Below are positions 18,848 to 27,475 of a DNA stretch of 64,000 nt, one piece after another. Source of the DNA: an uncultured virus (IMG/VR IMGVR_UViG_3300037790_000020) (lineage: Duplodnaviria; Heunggongvirae; Uroviricota; Caudoviricetes); the IMG/VR virus record IMGVR_UViG_3300037790_000020. The stretch is one strand, 5' to 3'. How positions within the stretch are numbered: position 1 is the first letter of the stretch; each line of letters starts with the position of its first letter. A program made the translations under genes and the position numbers. The notes below the pieces were generated by a model that saw only the letters and a list, made by a program, of their open reading frames with translations, did not search any database and was not told the origin of the DNA.

Positions 18848-19198
18848 ATGGGTATAAATGTACCATATGTAGAAGAGTTAGATTTACCTTTCGCTATTAT
18901 TAGATGTATTAAAGAGGGTGAAGGAAAAACTATTCTTCAGATTGCTAATATAGGGATTAGAGAATATTGTCTTCATTCTTGGCTCTACTATGAAAAAGAT
19001 AGTCCTATTATTTCAGATGAAGATTATGACTATTTATGTGAATGGTTATTAAAAAACAAAGAGTGGCTTGATATTTTTGATACAAATAAATACTTACAAA
19101 AAGAAATGTTAGAGTGTGGTTCTGGTTATGGTTTAAAAATTGAGGGTCTTACTTTAGCATATTGTGAAAAAGTTTATAAAGGAATGAAAAAGCCTTAA
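18848..19198 (+). CDS. Stand-alone protein resembling domain Ia of NAD+-dependent DNA ligase
   Basis: HSWLYYEKDSPIISDEDYDYL matches the LigA Ia pattern HxxxYYxxDxPxISDxEYDxL; no adenylation domain follows. Confidence 0.7.
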   Translation: MGINVPYVEELDLPFAIIRCIKEGEGKTILQIANIGIREYCLHSWLYYEKDSPIISDEDYDYLCEWLLKNKEWLDIFDTNKYLQKEMLECGSGYGLKIEGLTLAYCEKVYKGMKKP

Positions 19199-19217
19199 CA
19201 TATAAGGAGTAGGGAAA

Positions 19218-19484
19218 ATGACCCACGACTATAGCAAAGCACTGGAAGCATTAAAGAACGGTCATATAGATAACTTTGACCCTAATTTTGACCATTTGGA
19301 TGCGGTTGAATCCGCCCTTCGCATAGCCGACCGATTGCAACGGGGGAATGTTAGCGAGGGGATGCGACTTGCTTCTGAAAACAGGAAAGATGAAATGTTT
19401 GATGATAACCCACCGGATGCAACGATTTGGGAAGCAATGGCGCAGCAACTTGTGAAGGAGGAGCAGGAAAATGACAGAACTTGA
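19218..19484 (+). CDS. Hypothetical protein
   Basis: AAGGAG SD. Confidence 0.65.
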   Translation: MTHDYSKALEALKNGHIDNFDPNFDHLDAVESALRIADRLQRGNVSEGMRLASENRKDEMFDDNPPDATIWEAMAQQLVKEEQENDRT

Positions 19485-19740
19485 AACACTACGGAAGCTG
19501 GTTGAGGCTAAAAATCAATATCCAAATCGTGAGGTTGTGAGCCTTCATTTAATTTTCAGCAATGGTGAGTCCGAGCCTGTAGAAACAGATGGTAATGATT
19601 TGCAAGCCCTACTGGAACGGGTGGAGTGGTATGAGGCGGCGCTCAAAGAGATTGCTAATGACCCTTACCAATATGGGCAACGGGTGCAAAAAATTAAGCG
19701 CATAGCAAAACAAGCCCTAGAGGGCGGGGAGGTGAAGTGA
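19471..19740 (+). CDS. Hypothetical protein
   Basis: GGAGGAG SD; C-terminal YEAALKEIA...RIAKQAL pattern common in phage accessory ORFs. Confidence 0.65.
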   Translation: MTELETLRKLVEAKNQYPNREVVSLHLIFSNGESEPVETDGNDLQALLERVEWYEAALKEIANDPYQYGQRVQKIKRIAKQALEGGEVK

Positions 19741-19882
19741 TGACATATTGGGATTTAGCATTTTTAGAAAAACCAGACGGAACTTGGAAGCTTCACTATC
19801 ATGAAGGTGGCGGTAACTGGATTGAAATTGGGTCTATTCCAATAACTGATGCAGATAATCCATATTATAAGGAGCCAACAAA

Positions 19883-20263
19883 ATGACGATTGAAAAGCTG
19901 AAAGAGGCGCTTGAGTGGTGCTGTGATAAACTTAACGCCTACGAGCTATCATACAAAGCAAGAGGCGGTTTTGAAACAAAAGGGCAGGTATCGAGATACG
20001 AAAGATATAAGCTGCTTAAAGCCACCCTCGAAGCCGTTATAGAGCAAGCCACGCCTGATGATAACGGGCTGTGGTCGCCAGAGTTTGTTAGCACGCTCAA
20101 CAATCCATCTGTAGGTAAAGTCGATATGTATAGGCTGAATGGTGAAGGTAAAACCCTTTGCACGCTAGGCGTTCCGCACGGTGATAAAAATACAGCAAAG
20201 AAAATTTGTGACGCAATAAACACCCGCGCCCTGATAACAGCAATAGAGGAGAAGATGAAATGA
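19883..20263 (+). CDS. Hypothetical protein
   Basis: AAGGAG SD; ATGA overlap with the next gene. Confidence 0.65.
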   Translation: MTIEKLKEALEWCCDKLNAYELSYKARGGFETKGQVSRYERYKLLKATLEAVIEQATPDDNGLWSPEFVSTLNNPSVGKVDMYRLNGEGKTLCTLGVPHGDKNTAKKICDAINTRALITAIEEKMK

Positions 20264-21225
20264 GTGATGATGTGAAAGCGGCTTTGGCTATAGCAGATAG
20301 CACTGAAGAACAAGTTAAAGACTTAGATTTTGGTAATGTTTTTTGGGCGTTGGGTGTAATAACCAAAGCATACCGCGCCGACACGCAGGCTGTGGATGTG
20401 GGTGAGATTGAAAAACTAGCCCTAGACGCCCTGAAAGTATTTAAGAAGGTCAATGGCGAAGAAGCTGCTTTCCATGACCATACTTGCAGAATGTTATGCC
20501 AGATAGTTTTATTGTGTAGAGAAGGCCGCCTAAAACCCCACCAACCCCCAACACAAGACACGGGCGCGGCGTTGAAAATATTGAGTAATATTCATTTGAA
20601 CACTGGTGGTTATCCTTCCGATAGTTGGGAAGAAAAAATACACAATGAAGTGGAAAAAGCTATAGAAGCTTTAACAGGTAGCACGCAATATGTGGATGAG
20701 GACAAAACTAAACTAAAGAGAATAGCTGAAATTATTGAGGGGGTGGATAATCGCGCAATGGCGGCGGACGGGCCAGTAACACCGACGTTAAAAGAAATGC
20801 GCCAAGATGAGATACAAGAAATTTATGATATAGCGTCTGGTGACATGCAAGACAAGCCTTGTGAAACGTGTAACGGCGAAGATGAATTATGTGCCACCGT
20901 GCCAAGTTTGCGCCGTTGTGAAAAAGCTAACAGAGAACAAGACACGGGCGCGGCTTATATCTTCACAGAAGAAGAGCGTGACGGAATGTTAAACGCATTT
21001 GAGCGAGGGCAAGAGAAGCACGGTATTTACGAAAGTCTATTTGCTGTGGCGTCATTTATCCTTCGTAAGCGCCAAGCCCTGCAACCGCAGGAGGTGGATG
21101 TTGAGATTTTGATGGCTGAAATTGATGATAAAGTATGCTCCTTTGAAGAAGGTAATGAGGTTGAAAGTGTGGCGCGTCAAGTCCTAGATTACCTCGCCCA
21201 AAACTACGCAATAGTGAGGAAGTGA
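20260..21225 (+). CDS. Mosaic hypothetical protein built from modules joined by repeated linkers
   Basis: QDTGAA twice; (T/P)QxVD three times. Confidence 0.7.
   Translation: MSDDVKAALAIADSTEEQVKDLDFGNVFWALGVITKAYRADTQAVDVGEIEKLALDALKVFKKVNGEEAAFHDHTCRMLCQIVLLCREGRLKPHQPPTQDTGAALKILSNIHLNTGGYPSDSWEEKIHNEVEKAIEALTGSTQYVDEDKTKLKRIAEIIEGVDNRAMAADGPVTPTLKEMRQDEIQEIYDIASGDMQDKPCETCNGEDELCATVPSLRRCEKANREQDTGAAYIFTEEERDGMLNAFERGQEKHGIYESLFAVASFILRKRQALQPQEVDVEILMAEIDDKVCSFEEGNEVESVARQVLDYLAQNYAIVRK
20553..20954. repeat. 18-bp exact direct repeat ACAAGACACGGGCGCGGC (20553-20570 and 20937-20954)
   Basis: Read directly; 384 bp apart, in frame. Confidence 0.95.
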
Positions 21226-21707
21226 TGGACGATTATCTGGAGTTAAAAGCGCTTGAAATCGCTACAGAAAATATGGGCATTTATCCTAAGGCTGTAACGA
21301 ACAATGGTGTCACCAAAAAGCGAACCGAATGGCAGGATGGATGGAACGAAGCTGTTATCAGTTTAACAAGAAAGGCTGGTGATATAAAAAGATACATTGA
21401 TGCGCTACCAGAAGACGTTAAAGATTTTATTATTCAAGGTAAGATAAGAATTTCTGATAACGATGGAATTTCTATGTATATCAACTGTAACGATTTGTTC
21501 TATTGGGCTTGTGCGGATGAAGAGGAATTTACGCTAGATGACTTGAACGATTTGAAGAAAGCATATCTGGAAAGCCCGGAGAACGGTGATATTTTATGGG
21601 CTTGCCGAAAACGTGGAATGCGCCCACAAACACCATTTTATAAACTCATAGATAAATCAGAGCATTCGTTATTTAACGCTTGTGGGGGAGAAAGAAATGA
21701 CCACTAA
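21222..21707 (+). CDS. Hypothetical protein
   Basis: CNDLFYWACADEE...WACRKRGMRPQ, a conserved-looking phage pattern. Confidence 0.65.
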   Translation: MMDDYLELKALEIATENMGIYPKAVTNNGVTKKRTEWQDGWNEAVISLTRKAGDIKRYIDALPEDVKDFIIQGKIRISDNDGISMYINCNDLFYWACADEEEFTLDDLNDLKKAYLESPENGDILWACRKRGMRPQTPFYKLIDKSEHSLFNACGGERNDH

Positions 21708-22116
21708 CCAAATATCCGAGCTAGAGCATATCAAGACACTTATCCGCGAGGGTGGGGATTTGGATGAGATTGATGCGCGGGTGGGGCTTTTGAATTTCAA
21801 GCATAAGGGATACAGAGGTTACACCAATGTTTCAGGACGACTAAAAGTTTTTCTTAGTGATGATGGTAGACAAAGCTTCTATTCTCCACAATACACCCGC
21901 TCCATAGACGCCCAGAAAGCCATTGAGGTTGAGGGGTGGTATATGTGCGTTGATACAGACCGAAACGGCTCAATCGCACACGTTGAATATATTCCTGATT
22001 TTGAGGTGTTTGAAAGTTTTTGCAGTAACGACCTACCAACGGAACCCCTCGCCCGGCTCTACTGCTGGCTATGCGTGAAACAATGGGAGTTGCAGAATGC
22101 GAATGACGAACGATAA
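21697..22116 (+). CDS. Phage ABA-sandwich-like protein
   Basis: EIDARVG...PQYTRSIDAQ...GW...TEPLARLYCWL; ATG 21697 after GGGGAG. Confidence 0.5.
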   Translation: MTTNQISELEHIKTLIREGGDLDEIDARVGLLNFKHKGYRGYTNVSGRLKVFLSDDGRQSFYSPQYTRSIDAQKAIEVEGWYMCVDTDRNGSIAHVEYIPDFEVFESFCSNDLPTEPLARLYCWLCVKQWELQNANDER

Positions 22117-22260
22117 GATTGACGCAATGTTCAGCAGGTTTATGACAGCCGCTAAAGGTGATGCCGATTTGGTTGAGCGTTGTATCGCAAAGCTGATTCC
22201 CTCTTCACCGGACGGCATTAAGCCAGATGAAGTTTTGGAATTAATTCAGGGAGATTGAGA

Positions 22261-22506
22261 ATGAGCGATAAAATGCGGTGGAAGATTTGGTTACACAACA
22301 ATGTTAAAGGCTGCCACGAGGCCATTTGGAAACGTAATAAAAAAGGTAAGTACACAGAGAACTACAACAACACCGCCCAGACGATTGAAAAAATCAGGGG
22401 GATGAGAAAAAGCTACGCGATGGATAGTCTCAATCAGGTTAAAACTGAGGGTTACAACCAAGCAATCGACGACATAATCAAGATGATGGAGGGGGTAGGA
22501 TGGTAG
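22261..22506 (+). CDS. Hypothetical protein
   Basis: GGGAG SD; ends GYNQAIDDII. Confidence 0.55.
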   Translation: MSDKMRWKIWLHNNVKGCHEAIWKRNKKGKYTENYNNTAQTIEKIRGMRKSYAMDSLNQVKTEGYNQAIDDIIKMMEGVGW

Positions 22507-22655
22507 TTAGGGTAAGCTTTTTCGGAAGTAAGACTGTTTGTCCGAAGTATTATTTAACAAAAGAAAATCTGGAGCGTGACTCTGTTCAAATAAAAACGGG
22601 AATATCTTTCAAAATTATAGAGTCCACAACCACCAACACGAAAGGGAAAGAGTAA

Positions 22656-22877
22656 ATGAGCAGTATTGATATAGGGTATTCGCCCTTAACAAAAACAATA
22701 CAACTTGCGCCAATGCGAATTGATAAGAACGGCAATAAAGTGCGCGTTGGTAATAAGCCCCCGAAAGACATTACAAATGAGGTCGCTCAATTAGTTTATA
22801 TGCTTGTAAGGGATGAGGGCGGAGAGATATCGTGGGGCGATAAAAGGCTTATAGCCGTAGATAACAAGGAAGGTTAG
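22656..22877 (+). CDS. Hypothetical protein
   Basis: IGYSPLTKTI...KDITNE pattern; AAGGGA SD. Confidence 0.6.
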   Translation: MSSIDIGYSPLTKTIQLAPMRIDKNGNKVRVGNKPPKDITNEVAQLVYMLVRDEGGEISWGDKRLIAVDNKEG

Positions 22878-23320
22878 TAATGAGTTTACTAAAACTAACA
22901 ATGGTAACAGGTTATGTTTTTTCTAGATGTGCTATGACCTTATTTCTTTTTTTCTGCCTTATGAGAGGTGTTGAGTTATTTATAGGATGGTTAATTTAAG
23001 GAAAGAAAGGGAAAGAGTGATGAAAGATGATGAATGGATTTTTATAATTCTGTTCTTCGTGCTTTGTTTTGGCTTTGGCTTCCCGGCGTATGTTAATCAT
23101 AAGGAACAACAGGAAAAAGAATGGATTTGTGGGGGCAAAAAATACCTGCATGATGATTTGGATATTAAAACTATCTGCAACACAAACAACAAGGAAGGTG
23201 AGTGATGAACGGATGGGCGGGGTTTTGGATATTCTTAGGACTTTATTACTTAGCGGCAGCTATAGCCACAGGAGCATGTAACTAACCCCTTCTTCTCCTG
23301 CACCTAATGGGTGTAGCGGT

Positions 23321-23466
23321 GGAATGGGCGGCGTGGAAAGCAGACACGCTAACAAAACCTAACGCAGAGGTGGAACTGCGGATTAAGACCTGAACGGCAA
23401 AAATAAACATAGTCGGCAGTTCAAATGGGTCTGCCAGATAGCAGGAGTAGCGCCCTGCCCCATTCC
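23321..23466 (+). ncRNA. tRNA-like structured RNA lacking an anticodon arm
   Basis: GGAATGGG/CCCATTCC closing stem, GCGTG/CACGC D-like arm, GCAGG/CCTGC T-like arm stacked on the closing stem, with a structured insert of about 90 nt. Confidence 0.65.
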
Positions 23467-23521
23467 TTTAATTAACCAACGCCTGCGGGCAGAAGGTGAG
23501 TGATGAAGTGGAGAATGAGAT

Positions 23522-23758
23522 ATGGAACAGTTAATCGGAACCCTAATGTTTTGCGGCGGCGTACTAGGATTATTTAAGGTAATTGATGTGCTCTTTCCTA
23601 AGGAATTTGAGTACTCTCAGCCGGGCCATACTTGTAAACTTGTATGGTGGAAAAAGGGCGGGGCTGAAAGGGTTGGTTTTTGGCAATGTCCTGAATGTAG
23701 GAAGATACTAAAATCCCATACAGATAGAATGGACAAATGCTTTAATAAGAATGAATAA
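23522..23758 (+). CDS. Hypothetical protein (N-terminal TM segment, CxxC)
   Basis: Hydrophobic N terminus; WQCPEC. Confidence 0.5.
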   Translation: MEQLIGTLMFCGGVLGLFKVIDVLFPKEFEYSQPGHTCKLVWWKKGGAERVGFWQCPECRKILKSHTDRMDKCFNKNE

Positions 23759-23776
23759 TACCAATAAGGAGAACTA

Positions 23777-24340
23777 ATGGCAAAATTATTTTTTACCAGT
23801 GATACACATTTTAATCATAAAAATATCTTAAGGCACTGCCCTTCTCGCGGCAAACATTTAAGAGATAATGATAGTGTTGAGCAAATGAATCAGTGGATTG
23901 TGGATATGTGGAACAGAGTTATTTCGCCCGAAGATATTGTTTATCATTTAGGGGATGTAGCCTTTGGGCCACCTAAATACGCACCTAAATGGGTCGAACA
24001 GCTTAATGGTCATAAACATTTAATCAAAGGGAATCATGATACCTCAAATTATATGCGAGAAATTGGACATTATTTTGAGACTATACAAGACTATAAAAGG
24101 TTGAATATAGATGGGCATAAGGTTATACTATTTCATTACCCTATTTTAAGGTGGGATTGCCAATTCCATGGCTCATTCCATCTTTATGGTCATGTTCATA
24201 ACGCACCTGTACCTGAATTAGCTGGTACCCGGTCAATGGATGTAGGTATTGATACTAATGGGATGCTTGGAGTTTATGATTGGGATTTCATTAAGGAGAA
24301 ACTGGAAAAGATTCCAAAACCCTTGAGGGACCACCACTAA
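23777..24340 (+). CDS. Calcineurin-like metallophosphoesterase
   Basis: FTSDTHF, HLGDV, KGNHD, FHYP, LYGHVH, DVGID. Confidence 0.92.
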   Translation: MAKLFFTSDTHFNHKNILRHCPSRGKHLRDNDSVEQMNQWIVDMWNRVISPEDIVYHLGDVAFGPPKYAPKWVEQLNGHKHLIKGNHDTSNYMREIGHYFETIQDYKRLNIDGHKVILFHYPILRWDCQFHGSFHLYGHVHNAPVPELAGTRSMDVGIDTNGMLGVYDWDFIKEKLEKIPKPLRDHH

Positions 24341-24633
24341 TGTCATATCAACGAGGTGTAACAGGCTCTAAACGAAAACATATAAGACGTATAAGAGATA
24401 CCTTATATGAAGTAGATAGTAAATGTTGGTGGTGTTCTTGTAAAATGGTACCTACAATTTCTGGAGTTACTCAATGTCAACCCAATACTGTAACTGCCGA
24501 CCATTTAATACCGGTAAAAGAGTGTTTAGAAAAAGGAATGGAAAAATTAATAGTAGACCCCCATAATATTGTTATTTCATGTCATAAATGTAATATTAGG
24601 AGGGGATATGGACAATTGTCCCATTCTTTGTAA
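24340..24633 (+). CDS. HNH endonuclease
   Basis: CWWC...TADHLIP...NIVISCHKCNIRRG. Confidence 0.85.
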   Translation: MSYQRGVTGSKRKHIRRIRDTLYEVDSKCWWCSCKMVPTISGVTQCQPNTVTADHLIPVKECLEKGMEKLIVDPHNIVISCHKCNIRRGYGQLSHSL

Positions 24634-24753
24634 TAGGTATTGCATCCCAAAGATGGAGCAACATCTTATACCCAACCACCTTTTAAAGGAAAGATTACAT
24701 TGTCAGTTTGGGTGTAGTTTAAAAGAAGTATTTAACTGTAAAAGGAGGAAATC

Positions 24754-25176
24754 ATGAGTACAGAAGAAATCTTTAGTGAAAATCAACTAAAAAATAGTAT
24801 TAATAATGTAGTTACTGCCTGCTATGCTTCTGCTAAAGCAGGTGGTTGGTGGAATAATCCAGATGGTACACCTCGTAACCTAGACCCAACAACATTTGAA
24901 GGTATGAAAGCTATTGCTTGGCCTCTACTTCTTCAAATTTCAGAGATTTGTGAGGCGGCAGAAGCAGTACGGAAAGGTAACCTTGCAGATGATAAACTCC
25001 CCCATCGTTCTGGTTTAGAAGTTGAACTTGCAGACGCAGTTATCCGCATTTGTGATTTAGCTGGTGGCTTAAACTTGGACTTAGCCGGAGCTATAATCGA
25101 GAAACTAGCGTATAACCAACAAAGGGAAGACCATAAACCAGAAAACCGTAAAAAGGCTAATGGAAAGGTATTCTAA
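24754..25176 (+). CDS. MazG-like NTP pyrophosphohydrolase
   Basis: SEICEAAEAVRKG...EVELADAVIRICDLAG...EKLAYNQQREDH. Confidence 0.85.
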   Translation: MSTEEIFSENQLKNSINNVVTACYASAKAGGWWNNPDGTPRNLDPTTFEGMKAIAWPLLLQISEICEAAEAVRKGNLADDKLPHRSGLEVELADAVIRICDLAGGLNLDLAGAIIEKLAYNQQREDHKPENRKKANGKVF

Positions 25177-25379
25177 TGTTTAGAAAACTAAAACAAAAGA
25201 GAGAATCTCGGGTCGAAGAGAAATATCTCCTTTTAAAAGAAAAATTTGAAAAAGGATGTTCATTTAGTGATAAAACATTTAATGATTTCATTGACTTAGA
25301 GATAAAATACAACGCAATTCAACGAAGAAAACGTAGTGGATTAAACGTGGTACCTTTAAATGAAGAAACTACTAGTTAA
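25176..25379 (+). CDS. Hypothetical protein
   Basis: TAATG overlap with the previous gene. Confidence 0.5.
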   Translation: MFRKLKQKRESRVEEKYLLLKEKFEKGCSFSDKTFNDFIDLEIKYNAIQRRKRSGLNVVPLNEETTS

Positions 25380-25812
25380 TTTTATATGCCTATTTGCCCT
25401 GTGTTTGCCCGCTGAGGCTTCTGAAAAAGAACTGGAGTGTCTTGCTAAGGTAGTATACCATGAAGCTCGTGGAGAGCCTTCTGAGGGGCAAATAGCAGTA
25501 GCCCATGTTGTTATGAATCGTGTAGCTCATGATAGCTTTCCAGATACTATTTGTGGGGTTGTTAGGCAAAAGAAACAGTTCTCAGGCTTCAATAAACGGA
25601 AATATTTTAGTGACTTTAAAGGTGACCTTTGGGATAATTCTATGACTAGCGCAGTTTTAGTGTATTTAGGTAAGAGAAAAGACAATACTAATGGGGCATT
25701 ATTCTACTTGAATCCGAAGAAAGTACGAAAAAATGTCTTGACTTCTTGGGGGGAAAAGTATATCGTCTTAAAGAATATTTATAATCATAGGTTTTATGGG
25801 ATTAAGGCATAA
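25360..25812 (+). CDS. Cell wall hydrolase (SleB / Hydrolase_2) with signal peptide
   Basis: CLAKVVYHEARGE...GQIAVAHVVMNRV...FPDTICGVVRQ.KQFS...GALFY...NHRFY. Confidence 0.92.
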   Translation: MKKLLVNFICLFALCLPAEASEKELECLAKVVYHEARGEPSEGQIAVAHVVMNRVAHDSFPDTICGVVRQKKQFSGFNKRKYFSDFKGDLWDNSMTSAVLVYLGKRKDNTNGALFYLNPKKVRKNVLTSWGEKYIVLKNIYNHRFYGIKA

Positions 25813-25814
25813 AT

Positions 25815-26195
25815 ATGAGTGATAATCTAGGTCAAAAAAATGATGCTGGGAAACCTCGGATGGATTTAATTCCACCTGAAATGATGTTTGCTATCGCTAC
25901 AATACTTACTTATGGAGCTGAGAATAAGCCCTATGGCCCTCGAAATTGGGAAAGAGGTATGGATTGGGGGCGTGTATTTGCCGCCTGTATGAGACATATG
26001 TGGGCTTGGTGGGGTGGTAAAGCTCCAACTACTAAATCCTTCCTTTTTGGTGATTTAGATATAGAGAGCGGTTACTCGCATCTATGGCACGCCTTAGCTT
26101 GTATTACATTCCTAGTAACTTATGAAGAAAGACAAATTGGGATTGATTCCCGACAAACAACAACCAGTGAGGAACAACATAATGGAGTTAATTAA
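25815..26195 (+). CDS. dATP/dGTP diphosphohydrolase domain protein
   Basis: GQKNDAGKPRMDLIP...TYGA..YG.RNWERG...RH...DIESGYSHLWHA. Confidence 0.85.
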   Translation: MSDNLGQKNDAGKPRMDLIPPEMMFAIATILTYGAENKPYGPRNWERGMDWGRVFAACMRHMWAWWGGKAPTTKSFLFGDLDIESGYSHLWHALACITFLVTYEERQIGIDSRQTTTSEEQHNGVN

Positions 26196-27204
26196 ACAGC
26201 CCGTAGATACATCTGAATTTTTCAATAAAAATGATTTATTAAAAACCTTAAAAAAATATATCGATTACGATATGGAAGGTGCTAAAGATATTTTAGTAGC
26301 TGGCGGTGCAGCTCGTCATATTTATGACCCTAAAATGAAGTTTGATGATATAGATTTATATATCCTTAGTTTTAAACCTGACCCTCGTAGAATTGCTGAA
26401 CTTATTTATGGGTTTATTCGTTCTCAACTTAGTGATAGAGGTGTTCGTTTTAGGTTGGTTAGAAACGTACCTACTATTTCCATGGACGGTACAGATTTTA
26501 CAATTCAAATAATTAATTTTACTAAAGCTACTAGTATTGAAGAGTTGTTTTATAGTTACGATTTTACTTGCTGTCAATTTGCCCTATATAAAGATATTTT
26601 AATGTATACACCTGAAGCTAAACGAGACCATGACGCTAAACAATTAGTGTGGACTGAGAGCTCTATTAATAATGAACTCGGATATAATATTGAAAATCGT
26701 TTTTGGCGCATCCAGAAGTATTTGAAAAAAGGCTATACTTTTGCACCTAATCAAGCGGATATCTTCTTTAATATGCCTTGGGATAGAGAATCTGAAGCCA
26801 TAAGAGATAATAGAGTACGTAGGCAATCAAGTGGCTCGGATAGAGCCCCTAGTATTTCAGATGACATGGAATCTGTAAATGTTACTTTTGATACATCTGG
26901 TACAAGAGGCCAATCTTTTTGGGCTTCTTATAATCCTGATGATACTTGGGGCTCCATGCTGGCACCTTCCCTAGCTAACGATGTTAGTAATGAGGAGATT
27001 ATTCTTAGCTGTTTAGAGCAATTGATGGGGGAGAATTTAACCCCTTTGGATAGATTACGTGTTTCTAATGGAATTGGTTTACGCTATTCAGGGGAAAGTA
27101 ACAATCAAGTACACATTGAATATGAAACAATGGAAGGACGTACCTATTCTTTTGAAGTAGTGGTTGACTCTGACTTAGCTGAAAATCAGATGATACCCAT
27201 TTAA
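26182..27204 (+). CDS. Nucleotidyltransferase (CCA-adding / poly(A) polymerase head-like) with C-terminal extension
   Basis: LVAGGAAR, DDIDLY, IQII, YDFTCCQ, RIQKYLKKGY; ATG 26182 after GAGGA. Confidence 0.8.
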   Translation: MELIKQPVDTSEFFNKNDLLKTLKKYIDYDMEGAKDILVAGGAARHIYDPKMKFDDIDLYILSFKPDPRRIAELIYGFIRSQLSDRGVRFRLVRNVPTISMDGTDFTIQIINFTKATSIEELFYSYDFTCCQFALYKDILMYTPEAKRDHDAKQLVWTESSINNELGYNIENRFWRIQKYLKKGYTFAPNQADIFFNMPWDRESEAIRDNRVRRQSSGSDRAPSISDDMESVNVTFDTSGTRGQSFWASYNPDDTWGSMLAPSLANDVSNEEIILSCLEQLMGENLTPLDRLRVSNGIGLRYSGESNNQVHIEYETMEGRTYSFEVVVDSDLAENQMIPI

Positions 27205-27274
27205 TGTCAGGTGGCCAACATCGAAGTAATCATAATTAATATAAATTAATTGTTAGACTAAAAGGAAGAAACAT

Positions 27275-27472
27275 ATGAGTAAACAATATAAAATCCCAAA
27301 ACGCATTTCACAATATAATAAAAAACCTATTGAAATAGAAGCTTATGCTCTAGAAGCTGAATACATGTCTCTTCTATCAAAAGAAAGACCCACTGAATAT
27401 GATAAATTTTTAATTGGGTTTCTCCATAAAAGATGTAATAAACTTTGGAATAAAATAGCAAGGAAAAAATAA
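27275..27472 (+). CDS. Hypothetical protein
   Basis: AAGGAAG SD. Confidence 0.55.
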   Translation: MSKQYKIPKRISQYNKKPIEIEAYALEAEYMSLLSKERPTEYDKFLIGFLHKRCNKLWNKIARKK

Positions 27473-27475
27473 TAA

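Larger units (their letters stand above)
19218..23758 (+). other. Compositionally distinct accessory cluster of small coupled ORFs
   Basis: Visibly more G/C-ending codons (GCG, CGC, ACG) than the flanks (not computed); repeated ATGA/GTGA overlaps. Confidence 0.7.
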
